Origin: Patescibacteria group bacterium
Lineage (GTDB): Bacteria; Patescibacteriota; Patescibacteriia; Patescibacteriales; UBA12465
Assembly: GCA_041651195.1 (NCBI GenBank)
Contig: JBAZJR010000002.1
Location: 53,857-117,856, forward strand
Direction of reading: 5' to 3'
DNA length: 64,000 nucleotides
How positions within the stretch are numbered: the stretch's first letter is position 1; each line of letters begins with the position of its first letter. Under the pieces are notes generated by a model, which saw nothing but the letters and a program-made list of their open reading frames with translations, had not been told where the DNA came from and ran no database searches. Below, piece by piece: positions 18,183-25,532 of the stretch. The position numbers and the translations under genes are program-made.

Positions 18183-18283
18183 TAAAACTCATTATAGTTT
18201 GCCATAGAGTTTTTAGTTTGTAAATAGCTGATTTTCCGCCATAATCCGCGCACCGAACGGGCTTTCTGTGATATAATGAGAGC

Positions 18284-18910
18284 ATGCTAAATCTAGAGAC
18301 GGAAAGAAAATTTTTTGACCTCGGCTACCGGCTCATCGGCGGCGTGGATGAGGCTGGCCGGGGACCCTTAGCCGGACCGGTCGTAGCCGCCTGCGTCGTC
18401 ATCGGACCGGATTTTAAGATTGATCACCCTGACCTGGAGCTGATCGCTGATTCTAAAGCTTTAAGCGCCAAGAAACGAGAACGCCTTTTCGGCATCATCA
18501 AAGAAAAGGTCCTAGCGGTCGAGATCGGCGTCGTGGATAATCTGACTATAGATAAAATAAATATCCTCCAGGCCAGCTTCCTGGCTATGCGCCGGGCGAT
18601 CCGGAAGCTCGCGGTGAGCCCGGACTATATCTTACTCGACGGCGGCTTCAAGATCCCTAAGTTAGATAAACCGCAAACCGCGATCGTGAAAGGCGACGGC
18701 ACGGTCTGGGCTATCGCCGCCGCCTCCATCATCGCTAAAGTCAGCCGCGACTGGCTGATGGCCGAGATCGACAAGGAGTATCCGCAATACGAGTTTGCGA
18801 AACATAAGGGATATGGAACAAAACTGCATTTTTCCAAGATCCAGGAGCTCGGCCCCTGCCCGCTCCACCGCCTCAGCTTCAGTCCGATGAAAGAGAATGT
18901 CAAAAAATAA
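18284..18910 (+). CDS. rnhB: ribonuclease HII
   Basis: GVDEAGRGPLAGPVV active-site motif; about 200 aa. Confidence 0.9.
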   Translation: MLNLETERKFFDLGYRLIGGVDEAGRGPLAGPVVAACVVIGPDFKIDHPDLELIADSKALSAKKRERLFGIIKEKVLAVEIGVVDNLTIDKINILQASFLAMRRAIRKLAVSPDYILLDGGFKIPKLDKPQTAIVKGDGTVWAIAAASIIAKVSRDWLMAEIDKEYPQYEFAKHKGYGTKLHFSKIQELGPCPLHRLSFSPMKENVKK

Positions 18911-18931
18911 GCGCCGGACGGCGCTTATTTT
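18909..18931. terminator. terminator shared by rnhB (+) and the convergent antitoxin gene (-)
   Basis: AAGCGCC-GGAC-GGCGCTT hairpin overlapping the rnhB stop. An A-run lies upstream and ATTTT downstream. Confidence 0.65.
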
Positions 18932-18953
18932 CATAGCCTGATCCAAGGAGATG

Positions 18954-19247
18954 CTAACTGAGCTTGATTTCCAGCTTACCGCCCAAGGCGGTTACCACTT
19001 TATCTAAAAAATTTACCGTAAAATTCTGCTGGCCACGTTCCAGTCGGGCGATATTGCTCTGGGTCGTACCGATTTTTTTTGCTAGAGCAGCTTGGCTAAT
19101 CTTACGACGCTTACGAAGCTGTAAAAGGCTATAGGCTAACTCTAGTTGCCGGCCATACTCATCAAAAAGACGTTTGGATTCGGGATTTTTCAGTTCTTCA
19201 GCCAAAATTTCGTCAAAATCGTCCGGCCTAAATATTTTCTTCTTCAT
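18954..19247 (-). CDS. XRE-family HTH antitoxin (HigA-like)
   Basis: ISQAALAKKIGTTQSNIARLERGQ helix-turn-helix. The likely start is MKKKIF at 19247. It overlaps the 3' end of the upstream toxin gene. Confidence 0.75.
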   Translation of the reverse strand: MKKKIFRPDDFDEILAEELKNPESKRLFDEYGRQLELAYSLLQLRKRRKISQAALAKKIGTTQSNIARLERGQQNFTVNFLDKVVTALGGKLEIKLS

Positions 19248-19614
19248 ATAATTCAGAATTATGGTTAATAATTTCATAATAGCGATTAAGTGCGATATTG
19301 ATTTCTCGTCGCGGCGTTTTGGCCGTCTTCTTCAAAAAAGCATGAATCATTACTATGGTCTTGCCGATAAAACAAAAATATAGGATACGATGATGATTAT
19401 TAGAAAAATCTACTCGTAACTCCCTGATTCCGCTAGTTATATGCCGGCTATACGGCTCATCCAAATATCCGCCGCGATCGCGCAAGTATCCGATATATTT
19501 ATATATCTTATTTCTCTGGCTGCGATCGAGATTATAGATGTAATCTCGGACCGGCCTTTTCCCGTTACTACAGTTCCGATAAAACTTAATCTTATACATT
19601 TCATTATATATCAT
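19228..19614 (-). CDS. Gp49/DUF891 (RelE/HigB-superfamily) toxin
   Basis: About 125 aa; KFYRN..GKRPVRDYI..L and IRELRV..HHRILYF fit the Gp49-like family. Toxin-first order with an XRE partner. An alternative start is the ATG at 19599. The inverted repeat TATATC-N6-GATATA (19607..19624) overlaps the start region. Confidence 0.7.
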   Translation of the reverse strand: MIYNEMYKIKFYRNCSNGKRPVRDYIYNLDRSQRNKIYKYIGYLRDRGGYLDEPYSRHITSGIRELRVDFSNNHHRILYFCFIGKTIVMIHAFLKKTAKTPRREINIALNRYYEIINHNSELYEEENI

Positions 19615-19763
19615 ATACGATATATGTCAATATTAATAAATGCCCGGATTAGCGGCCTGGCTTAAGACACGAACCCGCTTCCCGACTCTAACAAAAACAT
19701 TATTAAAAAAATCTGAAAATTTTATAAATACAAAAAGAGCCCGGATCAGGACTTTTCCTCAAT

Positions 19764-19797
19764 AATAAAAGACGGGTTTACGATACCCGTCTTTTAT
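19764..19797. terminator. rho-independent terminator after the GY-repeat protein gene
   Basis: Perfect 10-bp stem AAAGACGGGT / ACCCGTCTTT with a 7-nt loop, flanked by A/T runs. Confidence 0.65.
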
Positions 19798-19814
19798 CTA
19801 TAGTCAAATCTTAA

Positions 19815-21257
19815 CTATTTCACTTCTCCGACGCCAAGCTGGCGCAGGTTAGTATTATTGACACCGAGACCGAACTTCCGCATCAAAGCAAAAGCATCGG
19901 CCGGACGGCCCATATAATACAGCTTATGATCAAGCGGATTGACATAATACGCTTCACCGTGAGACTTCACTCGCAAGAGGATGCGGCCATATAAACGGGC
20001 CGGAGCACCACTCTTAGAGAAGGTGGCATAATCTTTCTCGCTGATACCGAGACCGAGCTGGCGCATGATCGCGAAAGCATCGGCTGGCCGGCCCAAGAAA
20101 TATCTCAGACCATTGAGCGGATTCATATACCAGGACTCACCATGCCCCTCAACCTGCAGCAAGATGCGGCCGGCTAAGCGGCTGGTCAAAGCCTTATTGA
20201 TCTTGCCGACCAAGGATTTCTCCATGGTGACAAAATCAATCATCGTCGATTCGCTCGGAGTCCAGGCGCTACCCGGCACCGTAGTGCAGGCGCGTCGGGA
20301 ATCATCCAGCTGCTGCGCCGTCAAAGCGCAACCGGACGGAGTGCGGGAAGTTACGTTGCGATACTGGTAACCGTTGTAGCAAGCCGCGGCATACGGACCG
20401 TAGACCACGCTCGTACAGACCGGGGTGCTCACGATACCGCCACCGCCACCGCCGCTAGAACTGCCGCCGCCGGAACCGGAATAAGCTGTGCCGGTCGCAA
20501 ACGATGACAGATGGGTAGTGGTGAAGGAACAGACGCCGCCGGAAACGACGCAAGTCGTTCCGGTGCTATTCCAAGCACCAGCCGCGTCTTTGCGGTAGAT
20601 AGTCAGGGTGTTGCCGTTATAGCTGGTCCCGACCGTAATCGCGATCGTGACGCCCGGCGCAGAAATGGTCAGGTCAAGATCCGGGATGCCGAAAGACATC
20701 GCTGAACCGACAACCACTACGTTACTGATACCGGAAGTAGAGACGCCGTTAGCCGCTGCTAAATTAGCAAAGTTAGCTGCGGATCCGGAAGTAAAAGTCG
20801 TCCCGGCAGGAATAGTCACGGTAACACCGCTCGCGACCGTCATCGTTACCTTATTGGTAAACTCGACTTCAGTCGTACTATTGATATTGGCGCCACTAGG
20901 CACCATCACGCCGCTCTGGACTAAACTGCCCATGCTAGCCGGAGTAACCTCATAACCATTAGCGGCATCATAAGTTACGCCGCTGGCAATATAACCATAG
21001 CCATACCCATAATCGTAGACAGTCGGATCAGCATCGCCAGTCGTACGATAACCAGCGATCGTGCCGCCATCAAAACCGCCGCCATAGCCATAACCATAGC
21101 CATAACCATAGCCCCAACCGGTAGAGCCGGTCTGTCTAGCGAATTGCGCGTAGATGTTCGGACCGAAGACGAGCGCAAAAGCGGCGATGGCTAAGAAGCC
21201 AAAAACCGCTCCGGCCAAACGCTTCTCCGAAAAAATAAAACCTTTTATTTTGTTCAT
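19815..21257 (-). CDS. secreted/anchored surface protein with Gly-Tyr repeats, Thr/Ser/Val-rich beta-region, poly-Gly/Ser linker, 4-Cys module and duplicated 61-aa C-terminal module
   Basis: N-terminal hydrophobic segment, then GWGYGYGYGYGYGGG and DYGYGYGY, then SGSGGGSSSGGGGGG. The two C-terminal repeats are GRILLQVEGHGESWYMNP..GRPADAFAIMRQLGLGI and GRILLRVKSHGEAYYVNP..GRPADAFALMRKFGLGV. Confidence 0.75.
   Translation of the reverse strand: MNKIKGFIFSEKRLAGAVFGFLAIAAFALVFGPNIYAQFARQTGSTGWGYGYGYGYGYGGGFDGGTIAGYRTTGDADPTVYDYGYGYGYIASGVTYDAANGYEVTPASMGSLVQSGVMVPSGANINSTTEVEFTNKVTMTVASGVTVTIPAGTTFTSGSAANFANLAAANGVSTSGISNVVVVGSAMSFGIPDLDLTISAPGVTIAITVGTSYNGNTLTIYRKDAAGAWNSTGTTCVVSGGVCSFTTTHLSSFATGTAYSGSGGGSSSGGGGGGIVSTPVCTSVVYGPYAAACYNGYQYRNVTSRTPSGCALTAQQLDDSRRACTTVPGSAWTPSESTMIDFVTMEKSLVGKINKALTSRLAGRILLQVEGHGESWYMNPLNGLRYFLGRPADAFAIMRQLGLGISEKDYATFSKSGAPARLYGRILLRVKSHGEAYYVNPLDHKLYYMGRPADAFALMRKFGLGVNNTNLRQLGVGEVK
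19860..20171 (-). repeat. intragenic tandem duplication (2 x ~183 nt) encoding the 61-aa C-terminal module
   Basis: Protein residues about 363-423 and 424-466+ align. The similarity is also visible in DNA (ACCGAGACCGA..GCATCGGC). Confidence 0.7.
21075..21113 (-). repeat. hexanucleotide microsatellite-like tract encoding (Gly-Tyr)n
   Basis: The plus strand reads ccatagccataaccatagccataaccatagcc. Confidence 0.7.
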
Positions 21258-21347
21258 TGTTTTAGAAACGTAAAATAATTATAAAATTACGTAGTTTTTA
21301 TAATCATTTTAAATATTGTTTATTTTTAAGTCGACCTTTATGTTTAC

Positions 21348-21376
21348 ATTATACAACTTATCCTTGTCAACAACAA
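21348..21376 (-). promoter_or_regulatory. candidate promoter of the GY-repeat protein gene
   Basis: Minus strand: TTGTTG (21376..21371), 17 nt, TATAAT (21353..21348) preceded by TG. Confidence 0.4.
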
Positions 21377-21412
21377 TGAAATTATGGCCAAGTTATACAC
21401 AGATTAAAAAAC

Positions 21413-22033
21413 TCATTTTTGTAAAGACTGATTAGCGGCTTTTTTTTCACGCATTAACTCCCGGATCTGAGTCAAAACCGTAATTACCAAGAAATAATAA
21501 GCGTAAATAGCGGTAATTTCGGCCCAAGTGTCTTTCTTCGACATCAGGAAGACTGGGCAAGCGGCCAAAAGAACCAAGGCCGCTCCAGCGGCATAGCGGC
21601 TATCCCAAATAAAAATTATAGAAATCAGGGCGTAGGCTAAGACTAAAAAATCAATCACGCCGATTCCCTTGAATAAAGCAAAGGCTAAGATAATGATAAG
21701 GAGCGATAGGCGCGTCCCTTGGCGACGGATAAAATACGCTAAGTGAGGCCGAGCAGCTTTAGCGAGTAGAATTATGTGCCGGGCGGCGGTCAACGCTATC
21801 TGCCGCCAGCTATGCCGGACCGCTAAATCAGCAGAAAAAGATAGGAGATAAAGTAAAGTAAAAAATATGATGGAACCATGGAAGGCCGGCCAATAGAAGA
21901 AAGTCCGCCAAGTCGCGGAAAAGATAGCAACAATAATAGATAGGAGGTAAAAACCTAAATAATAAGGATAGAAGCTCTTAACCCGCCCCCTTAATTCCGT
22001 CCACCAGATTTTCCAATCAATTTTTTCCGACAT
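21413..22033 (-). CDS. hypothetical polytopic membrane protein
   Basis: 206 aa with several hydrophobic helices. Overlaps the flippase gene by 17 nt. Confidence 0.55.
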   Translation of the reverse strand: MSEKIDWKIWWTELRGRVKSFYPYYLGFYLLSIIVAIFSATWRTFFYWPAFHGSIIFFTLLYLLSFSADLAVRHSWRQIALTAARHIILLAKAARPHLAYFIRRQGTRLSLLIIILAFALFKGIGVIDFLVLAYALISIIFIWDSRYAAGAALVLLAACPVFLMSKKDTWAEITAIYAYYFLVITVLTQIRELMREKKAANQSLQK

Positions 22034-23306
22034 ATAATTTCTGCTTAGCTGAGAAATAATCTTTAAAGAATAAAGCCAGCAAAGCTAAATTTACCGCAGT
22101 AAACACAGCCAGCAAGGAATAGATGATCGCCCAGAAGTCGGCATGATAAAGACTCAACAGCAGGATCTCGGCTAACGCCCCGCCGCTCAGGATCACTAGG
22201 CCGGCCCGGCGCGATAGGGCCAAGAAATACTGGGAGATGACGGTCATGAGCGTCAGGAGCAGAATGACGACAGCGAAGAACGGCAAGTAAGGAATAAGAC
22301 TGAGGTATTTGGGGCCGACGACGAAGTTAATGGTAAAGCGCGGGAAAAAAATAATAAAAAGTGTCGTCGGGACAGCGAGGAGCGACATCAGCCCCAAGGA
22401 TTTCAGGAAAACACCATACTTCCGCAGGCTCGTATCGTCTTTCAAGCCGGCAATGACCGGGAACATCACGAGCGGGACGGAACCGCCGATAAAATAAATG
22501 ATGCGTCCGATGGTGAGGAGCGCGCCATAGAGACCGGCTTCTTCGGGAGAAAAAAATGATTTGACAAAAAGCATGTCAAAATTATAAAAAAACTGATATA
22601 GCGCCGTGAACCATAAGACTAGCGCCGCATAAGGAGCGAGCGCGCGCAAAGAGACTTTTAAGCCGGCCGCGGCAGACGGCCGATCCAGGTTACGGACCAG
22701 ATAAAAACTGACGGCAAGGGCCAAGAGGCTGGTTAGGCCGAGAGACCAGGCGGCGCCAATAAGATCATAGGGCCAGACGACGACGAGTGCGACGACGAGC
22801 AAGAGGCGAAAAACCGGTTCAGACAGATTAACTATGGACAAAGCGGAAAAACGCTGCAGGCCATTAAGCGTCGCGCGATTAACGGCGACCGGAAAAATAT
22901 AGAGCAGAAGCAAAGATGAAATAACCAGGATGGCCGATTCGCTGATCTTGAAAAGAGCATTGAGCGGCGCGGAAAAGATCAGGACCAGCAAAAAGAGCCC
23001 GCCACCGAGCAGAGATAAGCGCCAAATAGCGCGACGACGTAAGACACTTACCGACGCCGGCTGGCTAGCGGCTAAAACCGAAACTTCCTTCGTCAGGGTC
23101 GTAATGACAACCGCCGTGATTATCCCCAATACCGTCAAAAATGATTGTAAAGCTTGAAAATCGCCATAAGCCGGCACCGACAAGTGGCGGGTCAGGACCG
23201 GATGGACCAGATAATTCAAAGCCGAGCCAAGAAAACTCGCGGCCGTGAGGATAAAGGTGCCGAAGATGAATTTATCGCGCAGTAAAGACTTAAAATTTAA
23301 ATTCAT
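22017..23306 (-). CDS. Wzx/MOP-superfamily oligosaccharide flippase-like protein
   Basis: 429 aa with about 12 TM segments. The N-terminus FGTFILTAASFLGSALNYLVHPVLTRHL is typical of polysaccharide-biosynthesis flippases. Confidence 0.7.
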   Translation of the reverse strand: MNLNFKSLLRDKFIFGTFILTAASFLGSALNYLVHPVLTRHLSVPAYGDFQALQSFLTVLGIITAVVITTLTKEVSVLAASQPASVSVLRRRAIWRLSLLGGGLFLLVLIFSAPLNALFKISESAILVISSLLLLYIFPVAVNRATLNGLQRFSALSIVNLSEPVFRLLLVVALVVVWPYDLIGAAWSLGLTSLLALAVSFYLVRNLDRPSAAAGLKVSLRALAPYAALVLWFTALYQFFYNFDMLFVKSFFSPEEAGLYGALLTIGRIIYFIGGSVPLVMFPVIAGLKDDTSLRKYGVFLKSLGLMSLLAVPTTLFIIFFPRFTINFVVGPKYLSLIPYLPFFAVVILLLTLMTVISQYFLALSRRAGLVILSGGALAEILLLSLYHADFWAIIYSLLAVFTAVNLALLALFFKDYFSAKQKLYVGKN

Positions 23307-23310
23307 AAGG

Positions 23311-24435
23311 TCAGATAAGAAAATCTAGATAATTTTCACGATTAATAAGCTTGACAACGCTTTGCGGATAGGCCCGGGAAAATTCCTTGGGCGGGAAAAA
23401 ATTATTTTTTTGCCACTTAAACTCATAAGCGGATAAGACACCGCCCGCATCTTCGAGATAATCCAGCTCTTTGCCGTTAGTCGTCCGCCAAAAATAAATA
23501 TTCGCCGTCAAACCGAGATTATTATTCCGCTTCAACCTTTCGCTCACCATAAAATTTTCCCAGAGGGCGCCGACATCGGAACGCAAAGCGAGCGGATTAA
23601 GATTATTGATAAGCGCATTGCGCAGGCCGAGATCATAAAAATAAATCTTCCGTTTCTTTTTTAACTCGTTGCGGATATTGCGGGAGAACGGCCCGACACG
23701 GAAAATAATATAGGCCTGCTCCAAGATCCGGATATAACTTTCCACGGTTATCTTATTAGCGCCGACCACCTGCGCCAGCTCGCTATAAGAAACCTCGCTA
23801 CCAATCTGGAGCGCCAGGGCTTGCAAAAGTTTTTCTAAAAGTTCCGGATTACGAATATCCTGATAAGCCAAAACGTCTTTATAGGAGTAACTGGTGGCTA
23901 ATTCTCTGACCCGGCTTTCTTTATCAGAGCTGTTAAGAACCACACCCGGATACATCCCGAAGACTAATCTCTCGGCTAACAAGCGCTCTATTTCCAGGGG
24001 CGAGTATAACTGCTCTAATTCTTTGATGGAAAATGGGGCAAGGAAAAATTCTCTCTTCCGGCCGGTCAGAGGTTCGGAAATCTTACCGGAAAGTTCAAAG
24101 GAGGACGAGCCGGTGGCGATTACCTGCATCGCGGGAAAATTATCGGCAAGCAATTTTAAGGTCAAACCGATATTCTTCACGCGTTGCGCTTCGTCCAAGA
24201 CCACGAGACGGCGCGCGCCGATAAAAGATTTCAATTCCGTCGACGTCTTATCGGTCAAAGCTTCCCGGATATCCGGCTCGTCACAATTCAAATAAAGCGA
24301 ATCGTCCGAATGCTTAGCAAGGATCGCCTTGACCAGAGTCGTTTTCCCAACCTGGCGGGCGCCATAAAGCACGACTATCTTGCCTTTAAATAGCGCTTGC
24401 TCTATATCTCCTTGGATCATCCTAGTAACTGACAT
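23311..24435 (-). CDS. AAA-type ATPase with C-terminal DUF4143-like region (COG1373-type)
   Basis: Walker A GARQVGKTTL and Walker B LVVLDEAQ. The size and C-terminal pattern are as in DUF4143 ATPases. Confidence 0.8.
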   Translation of the reverse strand: MSVTRMIQGDIEQALFKGKIVVLYGARQVGKTTLVKAILAKHSDDSLYLNCDEPDIREALTDKTSTELKSFIGARRLVVLDEAQRVKNIGLTLKLLADNFPAMQVIATGSSSFELSGKISEPLTGRKREFFLAPFSIKELEQLYSPLEIERLLAERLVFGMYPGVVLNSSDKESRVRELATSYSYKDVLAYQDIRNPELLEKLLQALALQIGSEVSYSELAQVVGANKITVESYIRILEQAYIIFRVGPFSRNIRNELKKKRKIYFYDLGLRNALINNLNPLALRSDVGALWENFMVSERLKRNNNLGLTANIYFWRTTNGKELDYLEDAGGVLSAYEFKWQKNNFFPPKEFSRAYPQSVVKLINRENYLDFLI

Positions 24436-24493
24436 ATATATTATTTAGGTTATTATACTGACTTAAATATATATTATTTAGGTCATTATGTCA
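24434..24493 (-). repeat. 33-bp tandem direct repeat spanning the ATPase start codon and promoter
   Basis: Plus strand atatatattatttaggtTattat (24434..) and atatatattatttaggtCattat (24467..): 22 of 23 positions identical. Confidence 0.75.
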
Positions 24494-24494
24494 A
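24466..24494 (-). promoter_or_regulatory. candidate promoter of the ATPase gene
   Basis: Minus strand: TTGACA (24494..24489), 17 nt, TATATT (24471..24466). It lies in the distal repeat copy. Confidence 0.5.
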
Positions 24495-24508
24495 TTATAT
24501 CAATATAA

Positions 24509-24529
24509 ATAGCTAATATTAAATAAAAT
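24509..24529. repeat. cassette-bracketing motif, copy 1 (ATAGCTAATATTAAATAAAAT)
   Basis: The 18-mer GCTAATATTAAATAAAAT recurs exactly at 26429..26446. The 14-mer ATAGCTAATATTAA recurs as a reverse complement at 41016..41029 and 42311..42324. Confidence 0.8.
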
Positions 24530-24531
24530 TA

Positions 24532-25461
24532 TTATAAAAATAAGTTTTTTAAAAAAATATTTTCGAAAGCCACTATTCTTTTATCTTCCCGGCCTCTTAT
24601 TATATAGGATCGCCGACATTCTATTGTTCCGCCCTTAAAATAAAAATTGACTGCGACGATTATCGCTAAATTACTAGCGGGTAGTGAATTTTTGATCCGA
24701 TCTAACTCTTTGGCTATATAATCCAGACTAAAATGATGGGATGAGCCGGACGACAAATCAATGATCAATACGGAAGATCTTTGCGCGGCGGAACGACTAT
24801 TCTTAGCTAATATCAAACTTAAAAGATCTTTTGAGCCCGTTATGAATTCAATTTTCAAGGCGTAATCGACTTTATTACTCAGGCAGACTACTTTCCTCTC
24901 ACCGGGAATAAGCGGCATAGAGACCGAGCCGCCGAATCTAGGTTGCAAATTAAGATCATAAATATTATTGGAGATACTCCTCTTCTCTAACAATAAAAAT
25001 AAGTCTCTCTTTAAGGCCGCTAATATCTCCTTGATCTGGAAGGTTTTCAATCTTATCTCTATTTCGAAATCCTTATAACCGGCCAATGCCGTAGATTCGA
25101 TAAAGTTTTCTATTTTTGATTTTATCAAATCTTCATTGTCGCCTAAGCGAGTTAGCTCAATACCTAAAGAGTCTAATAGTAAAAAATCCAGAGGCGGGTT
25201 TCCCATTTCTAAACTATCTAATATTCCCAGCCTCTTAAATTTATAGGCCAGTAATAACTGGACAAAATTTCGATTGATATCAATCTGCCCTTCCCGAAAA
25301 GATTTAACAAAGTTATCACAAATAATCTTAGCGCCAGGAACATCACTCAGCTCATCAAGACAAGAACATAAAGCATTCATATATCCCGTCTTATTAAAGA
25401 CGGCGCTACTGGCAATAAAATTAAGATCTTCCTTAGAGATTAATTTAAGATTTAAGTTCAT
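24532..25461 (-). CDS. hypothetical 309-aa protein, no recognised domain
   Basis: Uninterrupted ORF in an AT-rich cassette between the Bro-N-like gene and the ATPase gene. Confidence 0.6.
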   Translation of the reverse strand: MNLNLKLISKEDLNFIASSAVFNKTGYMNALCSCLDELSDVPGAKIICDNFVKSFREGQIDINRNFVQLLLAYKFKRLGILDSLEMGNPPLDFLLLDSLGIELTRLGDNEDLIKSKIENFIESTALAGYKDFEIEIRLKTFQIKEILAALKRDLFLLLEKRSISNNIYDLNLQPRFGGSVSMPLIPGERKVVCLSNKVDYALKIEFITGSKDLLSLILAKNSRSAAQRSSVLIIDLSSGSSHHFSLDYIAKELDRIKNSLPASNLAIIVAVNFYFKGGTIECRRSYIIRGREDKRIVAFENIFLKNLFL

Positions 25462-25487
25462 GGAGATACTTGTATTTAACTTTTTTC

Positions 25488-25510
25488 TTAGCCATAAATT
25501 TAGATAATTA
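25488..25510 (-). repeat. 23-nt exact copy of the Bro-N gene leader plus start codon
   Basis: The plus strand ttagccataaatttagataatta is identical to 26362..26384. It includes an ATG (25495) that opens a 16-codon uORF overlapping the 309-aa ORF start. Confidence 0.8.
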
Positions 25511-25532
25511 TTTTGCTCTCGCGAGGCGACGA

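Noticed and set aside
18025-18285. 86-aa minus-strand ORF
   Set aside because: It runs straight through the tRNA-Leu(CAG) gene (18099..18182), so the open frame is incidental.
20975-21178. 67-aa Met/Ala-rich minus-strand ORF and plus-strand ORFs (20065..20955) within the GY-repeat protein gene
   Set aside because: These are alternative-frame readings of the repetitive GGCTAT/GGTTAT and Gly/Ser/Thr-coding DNA. The 480-aa frame has a signal sequence and a conserved duplicated module.
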